Source: Naegleria gruberi | Taxonomy: Eukaryota | Length of the DNA stretch: 64,000 nucleotides | Assembly: GCA_000004985.1 (NCBI GenBank) | Contig: GG738882.1 | Direction: 5' to 3' (one strand) | In this document: in pieces, positions 10,068-20,798 of the stretch | How positions within the stretch are numbered: position 1 is the first letter of the stretch | Layout of the letters: every line of letters starts with the position of its first letter | Made by a program: the position numbers and the translations under genes | The notes under the pieces: model-generated | Database searches by the model: none | Told to the model about the DNA's origin: nothing | What the model saw: the letters and a program-made list of their open reading frames with translations, nothing else

Positions 10068-12428
10068 ATGAAGCTTTATGCTCTTGGTGAAGGATGTCAC
10101 ATACTCACCTTTAAAAATACAACTGTGATGCTTGATTGTGCATTGGATTGGGGTAATCAGACTAGCAGTTGGGATTTTGTAAAGCGGAATGTTATTCAAA
10201 ATGATCCATCATCAGGAACAAAATCAATGCTAAATTTATTGAATAGAACAAACCGATTGAATGTAAACTCTCTTTCATCATCATCAACTAAAATTACACA
10301 ACAAGATTTACAACCTCCATCAATAGTTTTTAAAGCTCCGAATTTTCATAAAATTGATGCCTCACAAATAGATTTAATCCTCATCACAAATCCACATAAT
10401 TTATTAGCTCTACCATTCTTATATCAGCATTTAAAGGAAATTGCTAAGGATCAAAATTCAGACAAGGTCAAAATGCCTACTATTTATGCCACCGAACCAA
10501 CAGTACAACTCGGAAAGAAAATGATGCAAGAATTAATTGCCTATGTGAAACAAAGTGAACATTTGGAATTATCTAGAGCAAGTCAAATATTCAAACCGGA
10601 GGAAAATATTTTCATGAACAAATTATCACCACTCTTATCCGAAAAGTTTATTTATTCTAATGATGATGTATTAAGAGTTGTAGAGTCAATGAAGAGTGTC
10701 AGTTATCAGGAAAGAGTTGCAGTATTTGGTGGAGTATTCGAAATATCTGCACTCAGTAGTGGTTACAGTCTAGGATATTGTAATTGGTTAATTAGAACAG
10801 AATATGAGAAAATATTTTATGTTAGTCATAGTAGTAGATCTGGAGTTCAAGTACGTCATCCTGCAGAAATGGATCTCTCAACTGTGACATCTATCGTGCA
10901 GGCCCCTGGATCATCATCTGGAACTGTAGCAACAATTCAATCAGGAGTCAGTGGATCTATGGTAAATACTGTCATGATTGTATCAAATATTTGTCCAAAG
11001 AGTGACAGAAACTTACAATATTTTGAGCAAGTATATCAACAACTTGCCTCAACACTAGGACCAATATCTAAGAGTCAATTATATGCTATCGATACTGAAA
11101 ATATCAAAATTGTAAAACCATTATGTCATTACTATCCAGAAGCAACTTTAAATGATATTTGTAGAATAATAGGAAAAACTATTGAATCAGGAGGAGATGT
11201 TCTCATTCCTTGCCATACTACTGGGCTTATTTATGATTTGATTGACTTTTTATCTACATTCTTCAACTCTGTACATTTGGGTAATACTCTCATTTATTTA
11301 GTATCACCAGTGGCAGATCATGCTATTCAATATGCTAACATCAGCGCTGAATGGTTGTGTGACTCAAAAATGGATAAAACTCTGACAGCAGAAAGTCCAT
11401 TTGCCCACGTCAATTTGCTTCAAAACAAATCCTTAGTAGTTTTTGATAGTGTAAACTCTAAATTTATGAGTTATTATCAGAGTCACAGAGTTTCCAATCC
11501 GTGTGTTATTTTTGCTGGTCATCCTTCTTTGAGAATGGGAGATATTCTCCAACTCATTCCAATCTTCCAAAGAAATAGCAACAATGCCATGATAATGATT
11601 GAACCAGAATATTCCTTCCTCGATACAATTGAACCATTTTTACCTCCACCTGGACAGCAATCAATGAAGTTTATTCATTGCCCTATTGATCTTCGTTTGA
11701 AAAATTCAGATGTTGTACACATGGTAAAACAAGTAGCTCCTCAACATTTGATTTTGACCAATGTTGCTGTAGACATTCCACCTTATAACCTGAAGAATTG
11801 TTCACCAAGTACAGAATTACAAATTGCTTTGAATAGCTACTCTGCTTCAACTGCCAGTACCCTCTTGAACAGTTTGGATATGCGAACAATTTCTAAGTTT
11901 GTTTCAGAAAAGATTCATACAATTTCCACTCCTGGCTCAAGTATAAGATATGGCATTGATGGTGATGATATTCTCTCAATCAAGAGACATCACATGAAGA
12001 GGAAATACGAAATGGCAACTCTCTCACACAACCTTGCTCAAACCATTTATCCAAAGGTAGTTAAGGGTGTTTACGTCTCACGTGTCTCTGCTGAATTAAC
12101 ATCTAAGGATGGAAAACATATATTGGATGTGACATCAGAAGATGATTCACAATCTGAAGAATCATCCTCCAAGAAGAGAAAACACGATAAGGATCTAATG
12201 GTATTTGGTGACATTAGTGTGGAGAAAATTGTTAAACATTTACAAGTTGAAGGATTTGATAATATCACAGTACTGACATCTCCAACAGATTATGGTACCT
12301 ACACAATCGTCATTCCACAACTTGGTAAAATTATCTTTAACGCAGAAGACACCACCATTGAGACACAGGACGAGACCTCACGTCAGTACCTCAAAGAGGT
12401 CCTCATGCAAAATTTGTACATGTTGTAA
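10068..12428 (+). CDS. Integrator complex subunit 9-like protein (inactive metallo-beta-lactamase / beta-CASP fold).
   Basis: 786-aa ORF. The N-terminus MKLYALGEGCHILTFKNTTVMLDCALDWG matches the INTS9 start (MKLYCL...IMLDCGLD). The MBL HxHxDH motif is replaced (ILITNPHN), as in INTS9. Confidence 0.6.
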   Translation: MKLYALGEGCHILTFKNTTVMLDCALDWGNQTSSWDFVKRNVIQNDPSSGTKSMLNLLNRTNRLNVNSLSSSSTKITQQDLQPPSIVFKAPNFHKIDASQIDLILITNPHNLLALPFLYQHLKEIAKDQNSDKVKMPTIYATEPTVQLGKKMMQELIAYVKQSEHLELSRASQIFKPEENIFMNKLSPLLSEKFIYSNDDVLRVVESMKSVSYQERVAVFGGVFEISALSSGYSLGYCNWLIRTEYEKIFYVSHSSRSGVQVRHPAEMDLSTVTSIVQAPGSSSGTVATIQSGVSGSMVNTVMIVSNICPKSDRNLQYFEQVYQQLASTLGPISKSQLYAIDTENIKIVKPLCHYYPEATLNDICRIIGKTIESGGDVLIPCHTTGLIYDLIDFLSTFFNSVHLGNTLIYLVSPVADHAIQYANISAEWLCDSKMDKTLTAESPFAHVNLLQNKSLVVFDSVNSKFMSYYQSHRVSNPCVIFAGHPSLRMGDILQLIPIFQRNSNNAMIMIEPEYSFLDTIEPFLPPPGQQSMKFIHCPIDLRLKNSDVVHMVKQVAPQHLILTNVAVDIPPYNLKNCSPSTELQIALNSYSASTASTLLNSLDMRTISKFVSEKIHTISTPGSSIRYGIDGDDILSIKRHHMKRKYEMATLSHNLAQTIYPKVVKGVYVSRVSAELTSKDGKHILDVTSEDDSQSEESSSKKRKHDKDLMVFGDISVEKIVKHLQVEGFDNITVLTSPTDYGTYTIVIPQLGKIIFNAEDTTIETQDETSRQYLKEVLMQNLYML

Positions 12429-12611
12429 ATACTATCAAGTATAATAATAATATTTTATACAATCATCATTAAACATTACCTTCTTTCAAATTCTTAATAT
12501 CTTTTCACATGTTACAGTTGACACGTTCTCTCCTTCCAAATAATTCGAGTCCCAATTAAATATCTGAGCAGATTTTTACAATGAATTTTCATTTGCAACG
12601 AATTTAAAAAA

Positions 12612-14801
12612 ATGTCCTTCACCGCTTACTTTAGCTATCAGGCAAATTTACGGCCAGCCTGGAAGACCTACTACATTTCATACCCAGAACTTAAGAATGC
12701 ACTCCATCACATTAGAGAGGAACTCACACAAATGAAACAAGAACAAAAGGAGCATCGGAAACGAAGATTGCAACAACAACAAGAAGAGGAGAGGAAAACC
12801 TCAGAAAATTCTGCCCTATTGTCCTATCAGCAACAGGCTGTAACAAGTGGAGATAGTAATAATAATAATAATACAACAATAGTATCATCGTCATCATCAT
12901 CACTGTTGCCTGCTAATAGCAGTGGTGCATTGAATCCAATTGAAAACTTTGGATTATCACTGCGGAGAGTCTATTCAGAACAAGATTCATCAATTCAGGA
13001 GAATGATGGAGAGAAAATAGGAGGAACCATTGTTGATGATTACTTTTTCAGATTGGAAATTGGAGAAAGTTTGAATATGCATATTGAAAATTTCAAAAAC
13101 ATGTTTAAAAAGGACGTAGAGACTGTTTTTAAAAAGTACAATTTTGAATTGAAGAAAGTCAATGAAATAACATTGAGAACACAAAAGGAATTGTCAGAAG
13201 CAAGAATGAAACCATTTTTCAATAGTGAAACTGGTCCAGTACTGAAAGAGAAATTTGTTGAAATTTACAGAGAGTTGGAATTTCTCTACAGCTTTTTGCA
13301 TGCCAACAGAATTGCTAGTAATAATTTATTGACTAAATTTGAATTTTGTGGTGAACATTCAAGAGATTTAAAACATTGGTATGAAGATTTACCAAATGCT
13401 GACTTTAGCACCAATCAATTGAAACAAAGTATGGAAAATGTCGAACAGATATTTGCCAAATATTTCACATCCTCAGATCAGAGTAGAGCCTTGTCATTCC
13501 TTCGTGAACCTTCCACTCACCACACCCACGGTGACACTTTCAAATTGGCTCTGGCTATTGGTTCCATTGTGCCATTGTTTGTCCTTCTGGTTGCTGTGTG
13601 GTTCTTTAAGGAGCCATCAATTAATGATATTCCAGGTTTCTTTGATGTACTTCCAATTTTCCGTTCTATCATGTTATACATTCTCTATGGTTGGCTCTAT
13701 GGATTGAATTTGTTTGTTTGGGAAAGATACAAGGTCAACTTTGCCTATCTTTTTGAATTTGATCCAGTGAATCACTTGAAAGCTATCAAAATTTGGAAGA
13801 CAACTAGTGTTTTGACAGTTTTTTGGTTCTTTTTCTTTTTCCTTTACATGATAACAGTGAAAGGTTATTTAACAATATTAGATGCTTCATGGTATCCATT
13901 AATTATGAGCTTGATGATGGTCTTTATTGCCATTTTACCAATGCACTTTGTTCACTTGAGTGCAAGATATACTCTCCTTAAGGTCTTGGGTAAATTGTTG
14001 ATCACACCATTTGGTCACATTAGATTCAGAGAATTCTTTGTTGCTGATGTTTTAACAAGTATGGTTATTCCAATAACTGATACAGCTTACATGTTGTGCT
14101 TTTATTTCTCTTGGAGTAGTGGTGAAAATCAATGTCATGAATTTAACAAATTCTTGGGTCCTTGCCTTACTTTCCTTCCTTTCTTGTGGAGAATGTTACA
14201 GTGTTGCAGAAGATTTTACGATGACAGATCACAAAAGAGTCAGCTTCTCAATGCTCTCAAATACGTTGCTGCTCTCTCTGTGATTTTATTCAACACCTTG
14301 CACGTCAATTTGGAAGATAACGATGCTTGGGGACCTTTCAGATATATTTGGATTATTCTGACACCAGTCAGTACTGCCTATGCTTTCACTTGGGATATTC
14401 TGATGGATTGGGGCTTATTCAAATTCAAACAAGTTAAGGAAGAGGAAAGAGCCAAGACGAAATTGGAAGCAATTAAGAAATTTTTCACCTCACAAACAAT
14501 TATGGGCTACAAATTTGTAATGCGTAGCAGAAGAATTTATGGTAGAAGAAAACTTGTCTATCGTTTGGCAATTGCTTTCAATTTGATTGCTAGATTTGCA
14601 TGGGCTGGTACCATCTCAACTTACTTTAAGCAAAATAAGGAATTTTTAGCCATTCTCTTTGGTAGTGTCGAGTTGATGAGAAGATGTAGTTGGAGTGTCT
14701 TTAGATTGGAATGGGCAGCAATCTCTAATGATGAGGGCTGGCGTAAACATGGAATTGGAGACTTGGCATCTATCTATCTTGGTATTAACACTTCAAAATA
14801 A
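12612..14801 (+). CDS. SPX-EXS domain protein (XPR1/PHO1-type phosphate exporter homolog).
   Basis: N-terminal SPX region (MSFTAYFSYQANLRPAWKTYYISYPELKNAL). Multiple TM helices. C-terminal EXS domain signatures (WDILMDWGL, RRCSWSVFRLEWAAISN). Confidence 0.8.
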   Translation: MSFTAYFSYQANLRPAWKTYYISYPELKNALHHIREELTQMKQEQKEHRKRRLQQQQEEERKTSENSALLSYQQQAVTSGDSNNNNNTTIVSSSSSSLLPANSSGALNPIENFGLSLRRVYSEQDSSIQENDGEKIGGTIVDDYFFRLEIGESLNMHIENFKNMFKKDVETVFKKYNFELKKVNEITLRTQKELSEARMKPFFNSETGPVLKEKFVEIYRELEFLYSFLHANRIASNNLLTKFEFCGEHSRDLKHWYEDLPNADFSTNQLKQSMENVEQIFAKYFTSSDQSRALSFLREPSTHHTHGDTFKLALAIGSIVPLFVLLVAVWFFKEPSINDIPGFFDVLPIFRSIMLYILYGWLYGLNLFVWERYKVNFAYLFEFDPVNHLKAIKIWKTTSVLTVFWFFFFFLYMITVKGYLTILDASWYPLIMSLMMVFIAILPMHFVHLSARYTLLKVLGKLLITPFGHIRFREFFVADVLTSMVIPITDTAYMLCFYFSWSSGENQCHEFNKFLGPCLTFLPFLWRMLQCCRRFYDDRSQKSQLLNALKYVAALSVILFNTLHVNLEDNDAWGPFRYIWIILTPVSTAYAFTWDILMDWGLFKFKQVKEEERAKTKLEAIKKFFTSQTIMGYKFVMRSRRIYGRRKLVYRLAIAFNLIARFAWAGTISTYFKQNKEFLAILFGSVELMRRCSWSVFRLEWAAISNDEGWRKHGIGDLASIYLGINTSK

Positions 14802-14840
14802 TAAAAATTAATTCAATTATTAAGTTAAATACAGGTAGAT

Positions 14841-17393
14841 TTATAACAAATGTTTAATACGATCTAAAAAGCTCTCTGCAACAGAATCACTTGTCTTTTT
14901 TTCAGTCAGGTACTCTTCCAATACCTGAACTGCTTGTGGGTATTGAGAGGCAAAGAATAGCTCACAAGCTTGATGATACTTTAACCAACGATTTTTCTTT
15001 TCTTTGGCTTCCAATTCATACATCCATTCTATTATTTGATTAAAGATTATATTATTACTAATACTAAAAAATTATTACTTACCATCTGCTGTAACATCAT
15101 TACTTTCTCCCAATTCGTATATTTTTCTTGCGTGATAGGCAACTTGCTGTGTTGAGGCCAAAAGAGGTGATGAATAATAGTCATCCTCAATCATATCCTT
15201 AGTGTCGACATATCTTGCTTGGAATTGATTGTTATTCTTTTCGAATAATTCTTCTGAAATGACAATATCCAAATCGAAACGGTTGGCGATCTCAATCATC
15301 ACTTCAGTATTGTACTGATGACTTCCCAGAACAGAAAAGTTCATCACTTGCTTGGATCCAACATTTCCACACAAATTACTCTGACAATGTGCAACTATTC
15401 TAAACTTGAAATCATTCAATAGAGCTTGATGTGATTTCAAAATTGAATTTTTCGACAACTTTCCTTCCTTAATAGAATTTAACTTGGCAAGAACAATTGA
15501 GCTCATTTGAACACCTTTCAACTGGTGATTTGATTGATCATTAGTTGCATTAAAATGAATGCTAAGTGTTTCATTTTCGAATTTACCAATTTGCCCATTA
15601 TTTGCTCTTGCTATCTGGCCAACACTTTCGAAAATATCACTCAAAATATTAACACATTCATTGGGATTGATGCTGAGCAACCATTGATTCAACCCTTGCA
15701 TGTAAGTATTCACAAAAGTAACTTTCCTTTTCTCCAAATAGAGAGAAAACATATTCCCTGTTGGCTGTTTTCCAAACTTTCCAGATTGACGAAGATCGCT
15801 GTGAGAGCGACTAGATTTACTGTACATGGATTCTTCACGCTTGGAGTTGGACACAGCTGTGGAACTTTCATGATTTTCATTATTCGATTCTTGAGTACTT
15901 TCTTTTTGAGAATTTCCATCCAATTGCATTAACAAGTGAGGTGGAATGAATCTTCTGTAGAGCTTAATTCTTCCAATCATACTCTTAAAGTGAGTTTGAA
16001 GGGATTTAACCTCAGAGAATCGAGTCTTGTAAAGGTGTAGATTTTCAAGTTCCATATTCGAAACCATCTCAAATGCTTGTATGAGGTTATTGAATGGCCT
16101 AACAATTTTGAGAGAGAACAAGATAGCCATACTTATACTAGCCCCAACAATTATAATTGCTCCCAATAGAGCACAAATTATAGCAATAACCATAGAGCCC
16201 ATATAATTCCATTGTGGAACTTTAAACACCAGAATCCTAAAAGTTACAAATCAATATAAATTCTGAAATTCTGTATTGAAAACTTACCAATCAATACCTT
16301 CATTTGTACACAATCTTTGAATGGATATGAAATCAATGAGTGTAGTTAAATCCTGCTTGGTATTACATGCAATTTCATTAAACGTTTTAAATCTATTGTA
16401 AATAATGTTACCCGTCACTGAAATGTCACCACCAAAATCTAGAGCTGTCTTTCGATGAATTACTCCCTGATTATCCCAGGTGGCCACAACAGCATCTGGA
16501 TCATCACTTGCAATAATGAAATCTGTCTTTTTTTCAATTACAAAAGCAGTAGATCCTCTCACTGATTTTGTAATCTCAATCAAAAAATTCGAAACTGTTG
16601 CAACACTCATATCAAAAGCAAAATGGAATGAGAAATTATCTCCTGGTTTGATTGTTCCAACATTTGTAAAACTCGAAACTGTAGTCAAAAAGACGAATTG
16701 TGGCATTGTTGGATCGGCATATGACAGTGTGACAACTGGATTGCCAGGATTAGTCGAAGCAAACTGAGCTACATAGTTTGAGGTGAATGGTGGAATCACA
16801 ACATTCGGCTCAACAGTTCTATTGCAATACTCATTTGAAGCAATATCTCTACATTCCCAAAAATATTGATCCAAACCAAGTGTAGTATTAAAGTATTGAG
16901 CTGAATCACCCAAATTGACCATTCCATAATTAGAACCATCTGGATAACCAATATATACAGCTAGAACCACTTGCCTGAGATAGTTCTTTACAACCTTGAA
17001 CGTTTTATAGGTGTGTCTCTCTAGAGAAATGGGATCCAGATAATTAAAGTCATTGTAAAGTTGAGCTTTGACAGATTCCACAACAAGTAACACATCCTGA
17101 AGTGTTCTCTCAATGAACGAAACAATTTTTGAGAAATCTTCCTCCCTCACTTTTGTACTTTGCTCTGCAATTGAAGAACTAAATGTACTTATCCAAATAA
17201 CTGACAAGACAATAACAGAAATCAACACCAATAAGGAAATCATGAGCATCAAAAGAAATTTGATTGAGGAAAAGAAGGAAGGTTTGGATTCGTCCTTTTC
17301 AAAACTTGATTGACTAGTACTTTCCAATAATTGATTTTGCTCTTCAATGGGATAGGATTTTTCAGGAGAGGAGGTGGGTTTAACTCGTGTCAT
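14841..17393 (-). CDS. Receptor-type cyclase-like protein: TM, extracellular double-Cache-like domain, TM, HAMP-like linker and cyclase homology domain. Three exons, 17393..16288, 16236..15083 and 15028..14841.
   Basis: Two track ORFs (16284..17465 and 15075..16229) plus the small ORF 14841..15023 join in frame through GTAAGT donors and (T)AG acceptors on the minus strand. The introns are plus 16237..16287 and 15029..15082. Exon 1 has a TM helix, then a roughly 300-aa extracellular region with a Cache-like motif (YIGYPDGSNYGM). Exon 2 has a TM helix, an amphipathic HAMP-like linker and a CHD (FRIVAHCQSNLCGNVGSKQVMNFSVLGSHQYNTEVMIEIANRFD). Metal-binding Asp positions appear substituted (VTFVNTYMQG). 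The start is placed at MTRVKP behind an A9 run; the alternative ATG is at 17465. Confidence 0.5.
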
Positions 17394-17846
17394 TGTTTTT
17401 TTTTGTTTCGAATAATAGTAATGTAAGAGAGATTGATATTGTTTGAAATGAATTACAAAATCCATGTTTCGGCACTACATGCCAAATATTCCAAATAAGA
17501 TGTGAATCTTAACAAATTTGGAGTAATTCAACCATGCATTAGTATTCAGGTAACGTGATGGGATTGTAAACCAAAAAGCTTACATTAGAGAGATTGAGAG
17601 TGTATCAAAACGTGGTATTAATTTGATAAGATTATCTTTAGTCTATCAATTAAAATCAGATATGTTGCCCAAATTAGAGAGTTTTTTGTAGTGGAATTTA
17701 GATGGGTAGAAAATCATGATTTACAAATTCAAATTGTTTCATTCAAAATGAAATAAACTTTATTGAAAACTAAGCAATTTTGCAATTTGCTTCAACCAAT
17801 TTCACAAAGTAAGAGAATGTTCTTACACATCTCTTATCATAGATAT

Positions 17847-18425
17847 TTAACGAAGGTACAAAGTTGAAGGAGAAAGTGGGTTGAGAGAACCTGTTGAAGC
17901 AGATGCATTTCTCAGTTTGTTCTTTTGTGGAGTTTGCAATGAAGAGCTTGTCAACTTCTTAATTCTTGAAGGTTGTGTCGAGGTTTGACCCAGCACAGAT
18001 AATGTAATATCTTTGAGTGGATCTCTAATATTGTTGTTAGGTGTTGTTGTACAGTTAGACTTTGAGTTAGAATTATTATTGAAGAGATTTGATGAGGAGG
18101 ACATTGGATAGACCCTACCAGTTAATGGGTCAATGTTTTCCTTGTTAATACCACATGTTAGCAGATGAGGATTTACATTCAGGTCAACATATCCCATTGC
18201 TGCTTTTGTATTTTGTTTGGTAGATGATATTATCTTTCCATTGTTAATATTATTATTATATTGTTGGTTGTAGTTATTGTTATTAGTCACTGCTAGCATC
18301 ATCATGGATTTATTCGAGGACATCCTTGATGACAACATGGGTGTAGACTTTGAACAAGATGTACGGCTCAGAGTTTGTACCTCATCAACGGAGCATACAT
18401 CTTCATAGACAGTGTAGGATGGCAT
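17847..18425 (-). CDS. Hypothetical Asn/Ser-rich low-complexity protein.
   Basis: 192-aa ORF with poly-N tracts and no recognisable domain. It may belong to a larger spliced gene. Confidence 0.3.
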   Translation of the reverse strand: MPSYTVYEDVCSVDEVQTLSRTSCSKSTPMLSSRMSSNKSMMMLAVTNNNNYNQQYNNNINNGKIISSTKQNTKAAMGYVDLNVNPHLLTCGINKENIDPLTGRVYPMSSSSNLFNNNSNSKSNCTTTPNNNIRDPLKDITLSVLGQTSTQPSRIKKLTSSSLQTPQKNKLRNASASTGSLNPLSPSTLYLR

Positions 18426-18870
18426 TGTTTTTGCTTTTTTTTATGAATGATTTTTCAAATCTTTTCCCGCTTTTATTCACCGTTACACTTTTCTCTCTTT
18501 CAAAACCTTTCAATTTATTGATGGTAAATACAATCGGCAAGAATGTAGAGAATTAAATGCATGTAAAGATACTGACATCTCTTCTAGAATTATCAAAATA
18601 GTGCCTTTGAGATTGAGAGTAAGAGATGGAAACTCTTCGCAAATTTAAAGAATTCCATCTGTAAAGGGTGTGAAAGAGATGAATGTCTGTCAATCAACTT
18701 TTTTGGAAGTATTGATGGTCAACCGTGCTGTTGAATAAAATTTACAGTGATTGCGATAGAAAGTATTAGAGTTGATGAATTGAAAAATAGAAACACTCAT
18801 CTACAAATTAAGAGAACGTCCCTGCCTCTTTTGAAGTATTGAATCTTGTGAAAAGATATTATTTTGCATC

Positions 18871-20409
18871 TTAAATGTCCTTATCATTTTGAACTAGTGT
18901 TCTGAGAGCCATGTCAATAGCACGTTGCTTGTCCTCTTGTGGAAGGAGAGCTACAAAATAGATGAGCTCTCTTAAACCATTAGAGAAATCCTCAAGGGTA
19001 GATACTGGTTGAGTAGATTGAGGTACTGGAACTTGAATGGCTGTATTGGATCCATGAATTTCCTGTAGCCTAGCCCTCTTTTCATCAATTAATCTCTGAA
19101 TCTTTTTCCTCTTTTTGCTTTCGGCTGTTCTTTGTGGCTTCTTCCTTCTAGCAGAGGTAAGAAAAGGAGCTCCCTGTACAATGCAAAATGGTAAATCATC
19201 TTCATAATAATCCTCAGGGAAGTAGTATCTTATTTGAATGGTAAATGCTCGATTTTTGTAGTGAGCCGACACTACATCAATGTTAAATTTTGTTCTATTT
19301 TCCATAATTGAGTTGGGATCTTCTCTCTGTGAGAGTGGCTTCATCAATTCCAATCCTCTAATATCACCGGCAATAACATCCTTAGTGACTCCTCCTTGTT
19401 TTTCTGGAATTAAATTTGCAGGAACTGGTATTTGATTCATTTCTACAACCTGAACTATTTTTTGAACTTCCTCTCCAGTATCACGGAATGCCAATTTAAT
19501 ATCAGCAATAATCTTTTCGTAATTTCTCCTAATTTTCTCATGGAATAGTACTGTTTGATGAAATTGGTAAACAAGAGATGTGTACAAATTTTCTGGAATG
19601 TAAGGAGTTGGATCATCACTTCTAGTTTGCAAGACATATGAATAATCAATTATTGGAGATTCTGATCCAATTAACTCGATGAGTTTTTGATTTTTGGCCA
19701 TGAGTGAAAATATTGTCTCATTGATAAATGAATTCTCTTCGTGTGAAATTTCAATTGGTGCAGAGCTGGATCCAAAATTATTCGAAGAAGTATAGAGAGT
19801 AGATGTATTTGTTGGATAACAAATCTGCCATTCTCTCAAATCCACATTTTCCTCATCCTCCTCATCTTCCATCTCCTCATCATCCTCTGTAGTGTCACTT
19901 TCGTCCATTTCCGATGAAGAATCTTCATCCGAAGACGAAATCACACCTTCGGAACGATTTGCCATCATTGATCCATTATAACTAGCACTATCATTAATCA
20001 TACTACTGCTACCCATACGACTATGCATTGCTGATGATCCTACCCCCAGCCTATTTTCCAAATTCTCTTCATCAAGCCTAAAATAAATATTATTAAAATT
20101 TGGCTGACGACGATGTTGATGATGATTTTTCTGAATACTCGCATAACTACTACTCTGTGATTCGTCATCATCCTCCATACTAATCATTCTATTATCGATA
20201 GGATTGATAAATGGATAACCCGAACCATAAGAAGAAGAATTAATTCTTGTTGTATTAGCACTCATTGATGATGAAGTGTTGGTTCGTTCCAAAATATTAA
20301 TTCCATCACGAATCATACCACTGATCATTTTAGCTTCATCTTCCGAAGATTCCGATGTCTCATCTAAAAGTGCAGCGTCATATTCATCGTCAGACGATGA
20401 CGAACTCAT
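18871..20409 (-). CDS. Hypothetical acidic, nuclear-type protein.
   Basis: 512-aa ORF with a long D/E/S-rich acidic region and a C-terminal basic KRK-rich segment (RRKKPQRTAESKKRKKIQRLIDEKRARL). The ATG is preceded by aaaaaaaa. Confidence 0.4.
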   Translation of the reverse strand: MSSSSSDDEYDAALLDETSESSEDEAKMISGMIRDGINILERTNTSSSMSANTTRINSSSYGSGYPFINPIDNRMISMEDDDESQSSSYASIQKNHHQHRRQPNFNNIYFRLDEENLENRLGVGSSAMHSRMGSSSMINDSASYNGSMMANRSEGVISSSDEDSSSEMDESDTTEDDEEMEDEEDEENVDLREWQICYPTNTSTLYTSSNNFGSSSAPIEISHEENSFINETIFSLMAKNQKLIELIGSESPIIDYSYVLQTRSDDPTPYIPENLYTSLVYQFHQTVLFHEKIRRNYEKIIADIKLAFRDTGEEVQKIVQVVEMNQIPVPANLIPEKQGGVTKDVIAGDIRGLELMKPLSQREDPNSIMENRTKFNIDVVSAHYKNRAFTIQIRYYFPEDYYEDDLPFCIVQGAPFLTSARRKKPQRTAESKKRKKIQRLIDEKRARLQEIHGSNTAIQVPVPQSTQPVSTLEDFSNGLRELIYFVALLPQEDKQRAIDMALRTLVQNDKDI

Positions 20410-20798
20410 TTTTTTTGAATGTTGTTTTTAACATTCTTTAAGAATATTTTGTAAACAATAAAATTACAATATTTTGTAAAGTATTTGGGCAATGGAAAGG
20501 AAGATTTATAAAGCAACTCCTGAAACATTCAATTACTTACCAATCTCCTCCTAATGGTTCACAAACAATAATGTGCAAAGTGCTTGCTACGGAGATTTGT
20601 CAAAAAGCTCTCGGACTTTTAAAAAAAATGAAAAATCTGCAACTCTGAATTTTGGTCAAATTTCATCAGCGTTAAGATTTTCATCACACCATCATATCAG
20701 TTAATATAGAAAATTAATAATAATAATTTAAATAGAACAAATATAACAAGAAAATTATATATTGTACATAAAGAGCGGAAAAGTGGATTTTTTGAAAT

